Source: an uncultured Lachnospiraceae bacterium
GTDB taxonomy: Bacteria > Bacillota > Clostridia > Lachnospirales > Lachnospiraceae
Direction: 5' to 3'
Assembly: GCA_947170415.1 (NCBI GenBank)
Contig: CAMVTN010000001.1
Coordinates: 4,357-68,356 of the forward strand
DNA length: 64,000 nt
Below are positions 60,931 to 64,000 of the stretch, piece after piece. Position numbers and translations under genes: made by a program. The notes beneath the pieces were generated by a model, which was not told the DNA's origin, ran no database searches, and saw only the letters and a list, made by a program, of their open reading frames with translations. Within the stretch, counting starts at the first letter, position 1. Each line of letters begins with the position of its first letter.

Positions 60931-62461
60931 GGTGCTTTACCCCCATCATATATTCTCCAACTTCCGAAGTTGTAAATTCAGCTGCCGGAGCAATCTTTCC
61001 AAGCTGACCATTGTAAATAACTCCTATAGTATCAGCAAGTGCCATAATCTCATCCAGTTCCAGCGAAATAAGTAAAACTGCCTTTCCCTTATCACGTTCC
61101 TCAACGATCTGTCTATGTATGTTTTCTATAGCACCGATATCCAGGCCACGTGTCGGCTGCACAAAAATAGTAAGCGGAGCATCCTGCTCTATCTCACGTC
61201 CAATGATCGCCTTCTGCTGATTTCCGCCTGACATGGAACGAACGATCGTTGTATTTCCTCTTGCACACCGAACATCATACTTATCAATGAGCTTAGTTCC
61301 ATAATCTTCAAAGCTCTTCGGATCCAATACGCCCTTTTTCGCAAAAGGTTCCTTATAATAACGACGAAGCGCCAAATTATCTTTCAGATCGAAATCAAGG
61401 ACCAGACCAACAGAATGCCGATCCTCCGGAATATACGAAATACCTGCCTCCGTACGTTTTCTGACACTCATATCAGTTACATCTGTTCCATCTACGATTA
61501 TCTTTCCCGATGAAACAGGAAGCAATCCTGCTATTGCATCCGCAATATCAGTCTGACCATTTCCGGAAACTCCGGCAATAGCAAATATTTCTCCTGCATG
61601 AATATTGAATGATACACCCTTTACCACTTCAAAATCATCATCATTTTTTACACGGAGATCTTTAATATTCAGTATCTCTTTTCCAAATACCGCAGGTTTC
61701 TTTTCAACCTTCATCTGAACCTGACGTCCTACCATGAGATTAGCCATCTCTCTGGTATCCATACCCTCAACATCACGGACATCAATGAGTTTTCCTCGTC
61801 TCAGGATCGCACATCTGTCAGCAACCTGCTTTATTTCCTCAAGCTTATGTGTAATAAGGATAATTGTCTTTCCACCATCTCTTAGGTTCTTAATGATCTG
61901 AAGCAGTGAGTCAATCTCCTGTGGAGTAAGAACAGCTGTCGGTTCGTCAAAGATCAGGATTTCAGCTTCACGATAAAGCATTTTTAAAATCTCAACACGC
62001 TGTCTCGTCGATACATTTACATCTGATATAACTTTCTCCGGATCAACTTCCAACCCATATTTTTCTGAAAGTGACCTGATCTTTTCATTAGCTGTTTTTA
62101 TATCTACATACGGAAATAAGCCAAAGGCTTTTTTCTTTGGCTCCACTCCCAATATGATATTTTCCGCGATCGTATAATTGGAAACCAGCTTAAAATGCTG
62201 ATGAACCATTCCAATATTTAACCGAGTCGCATAACTCGGACTTTTAATCTCTTCCTTTTTTCCACGAACCCAGATTTCTCCCTCATCAGGTTCGTACATG
62301 CCAAACAGCATGCTCATCAATGTGGATTTACCGGCTCCATTCTCTCCCAGAAGGGCATAAATCTCACCTTTTCTGACCTTGATCGTCACATCATCATTTG
62401 CTACGATGCCCGGAAACCGTTTCGTAACATTGCGCATTTCAATAATGTAATCTTCTGTCAT
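60923..62461 (-). CDS. ABC transporter ATP-binding protein (CUT2, two ABC domains)
   Basis: GENGAGKST, DEPT, SGGNQQK and QPTRGLD motifs. Confidence 0.95.
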   Translation of the reverse strand: MTEDYIIEMRNVTKRFPGIVANDDVTIKVRKGEIYALLGENGAGKSTLMSMLFGMYEPDEGEIWVRGKKEEIKSPSYATRLNIGMVHQHFKLVSNYTIAENIILGVEPKKKAFGLFPYVDIKTANEKIRSLSEKYGLEVDPEKVISDVNVSTRQRVEILKMLYREAEILIFDEPTAVLTPQEIDSLLQIIKNLRDGGKTIILITHKLEEIKQVADRCAILRRGKLIDVRDVEGMDTREMANLMVGRQVQMKVEKKPAVFGKEILNIKDLRVKNDDDFEVVKGVSFNIHAGEIFAIAGVSGNGQTDIADAIAGLLPVSSGKIIVDGTDVTDMSVRKRTEAGISYIPEDRHSVGLVLDFDLKDNLALRRYYKEPFAKKGVLDPKSFEDYGTKLIDKYDVRCARGNTTIVRSMSGGNQQKAIIGREIEQDAPLTIFVQPTRGLDIGAIENIHRQIVEERDKGKAVLLISLELDEIMALADTIGVIYNGQLGKIAPAAEFTTSEVGEYMMGVKHHD

Positions 62462-62538
62462 ATTCGTTATCCGACTTTCCTCTAAAAACGCATGTTTTAA
62501 TAGTTACGTTTTTTCTTACATTTGAACTTTACAACACA

Positions 62539-62578
62539 AGAGCACGGGGATGTTCTCTGGGAACTTCCCCGTGCCTCT
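62539..62578 (-). terminator. Hairpin after the BMP gene (partial terminator or stabiliser)
   Basis: GCACGGGGA...TCCCCGTGC stem. Confidence 0.6.
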
Positions 62579-62616
62579 ATTATAACTAACTCTTATGTCT
62601 TCTGCAGATTATTTTT

Positions 62617-63837
62617 TTACTCAAGACCTGTAAAGTTATCAGGAGTCATATCATTAAAGTTAGCAGCCGGAACTACGTCTCCGGATTTAACCTTTGCAAA
62701 TGCCTCGTCAATCTTGGAAATCTGATCAGCATCAAGCTGGCATCTTCCGTCAGCACTTACATAACCAGTAGACTCTGTATCAGCACCAAGGAGATAATTT
62801 CCTCCCTTGAATGTACCTGCTGCGATATTCTGAAGCTGCTCATAAACATTCTTGTCCATGATTTTCAGACCGGATGTAAGAACAACATTCTTATCGCCAT
62901 TTACACCGTCATCAAACTGATCAACGTCACAACCGATCACATATACGCCATCAGCTTCCTTAGCTGCAGTAAATACACCATTTCCTGAACCGCCTGCTGC
63001 AACAAAGATAACATCAGCGCCTGCGTCTATAAGTGCCTTACCTACAACCTTACCTGTAGCCTCATCAGCGAAAGAACCAACATAATTTCCGCCAACATCC
63101 GCACCTGTTACATCTGTTCCTGCATAAGAAGGAAGCTCAACAACCTCAGCGCTTGTGCCAAAGTTCTTGTTTGCGTAGTTAACACCAGACATAAATCCGT
63201 ACTGATAGTTTACATTTGAAGGATATGCAATACCATTAACAACTGCAACCTTACCTGACTTTGTTGTAAGAGCAGCTGCAATACCTGCCGGGAAGCCTGA
63301 CTCCTGCTCCTTAAATGTCATTGCATAGATATTATCATATTCAGCCTCGTTACCCTCTGAATCTGTCGGGTTAGAATCTACGAGGATGAACTTAACATCA
63401 GGATTTTCTTCTGCGATAGAACCAATACCTGCAAACTGGAATCCACAGCATACGATAACATCGTAATCAGCAGCGATATCTGCAACAGTCTTCTCACATG
63501 CTGCAACATCACCTGTCTCCTCCTTAACCGGAGTTACTGTGCTATTAGGGTTCTCCTCAATGAACTTAAGGATTCCATTATAGTTATTTTCGTTGAATGA
63601 ACCATCATCAACACCTGACGGGGAGCTTACGATTGCTATATTAAGCGCTGAATCGGACGCAGCGCCGTCTGCTGTCTCTGTAGATGTACCGCCGGCAGTT
63701 TCTGTTGCTGCTGCGGAAGCTGCTGTTTCTTCAGCTGCCGATGTAGATGCGCCCTCCTGAATCGGTGCACCGCATCCTGCGAGAAGTGCTGCACTCATAG
63801 CAACTGCTGTCACTGTGCTGATAAGCTTCTTTTTCAT
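62617..63837 (-). CDS. BMP-family ABC substrate-binding lipoprotein (probably nucleoside)
   Basis: LAGC lipobox, DDGSFN, FKEQESGF and VIGCDVDQ motifs. Confidence 0.92.
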   Translation of the reverse strand: MKKKLISTVTAVAMSAALLAGCGAPIQEGASTSAAEETAASAAATETAGGTSTETADGAASDSALNIAIVSSPSGVDDGSFNENNYNGILKFIEENPNSTVTPVKEETGDVAACEKTVADIAADYDVIVCCGFQFAGIGSIAEENPDVKFILVDSNPTDSEGNEAEYDNIYAMTFKEQESGFPAGIAAALTTKSGKVAVVNGIAYPSNVNYQYGFMSGVNYANKNFGTSAEVVELPSYAGTDVTGADVGGNYVGSFADEATGKVVGKALIDAGADVIFVAAGGSGNGVFTAAKEADGVYVIGCDVDQFDDGVNGDKNVVLTSGLKIMDKNVYEQLQNIAAGTFKGGNYLLGADTESTGYVSADGRCQLDADQISKIDEAFAKVKSGDVVPAANFNDMTPDNFTGLE

Positions 63838-63912
63838 ATTGTCCTCCTGTAATAACGTCTGCTAATTTTAAGTTACAGACTGTTGATCAACAGAAAATTG
63901 TTACCCAAATGC

Positions 63913-63932
63913 ATTGTATGCAAGCATACAAT
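63913..63932. promoter_or_regulatory. Palindromic candidate operator upstream of the BMP-ABC operon
   Basis: ATTGTATGC-AA-GCATACAAT, perfect 9-bp arms. Confidence 0.5.
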
Positions 63933-64000
63933 CGCAATCTTCTGTTGCACGACAGACAAAATTATCGCATAACTTTTTCAAAAATAAAAGATATTTAATA

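Overview
This 64-kb window looks like chromosomal backbone of an anaerobic Bacillota, probably Lachnospiraceae (inferred from gene content and order, not from a search). Almost all genes lie on the minus strand. It carries nucleotide biosynthesis genes (carAB, purL, purEMND, pyrFE, nrdD), tRNA-Trp, clpC/radA, rho-rpmE-DUF1385-prmC-prfA, rarA, malic enzyme, hflX, secDF, a BMP-type ABC importer, c-di-GMP/cNMP signalling proteins and a 2.7-kaa surface protein. I found no transposase, integrase, prophage or CRISPR array. The main unexplained signal is non-coding: two families of short, highly structured interspersed elements. Family A lies at 6861-6964, 13890-14288 and 56187-56377; family B lies at 14039-14239, 33333-33477 and 39307-39451. 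Both have terminal inverted repeats, and most copies have 7-8-bp flanking direct repeats. One B copy is nested inside an A copy with a perfect 8-bp duplication, and the empty site is visible in another A copy. Copies differ by whole hairpin branches and show compensatory base changes. All calls come from reading the sequence; no searches or folding programs were run.
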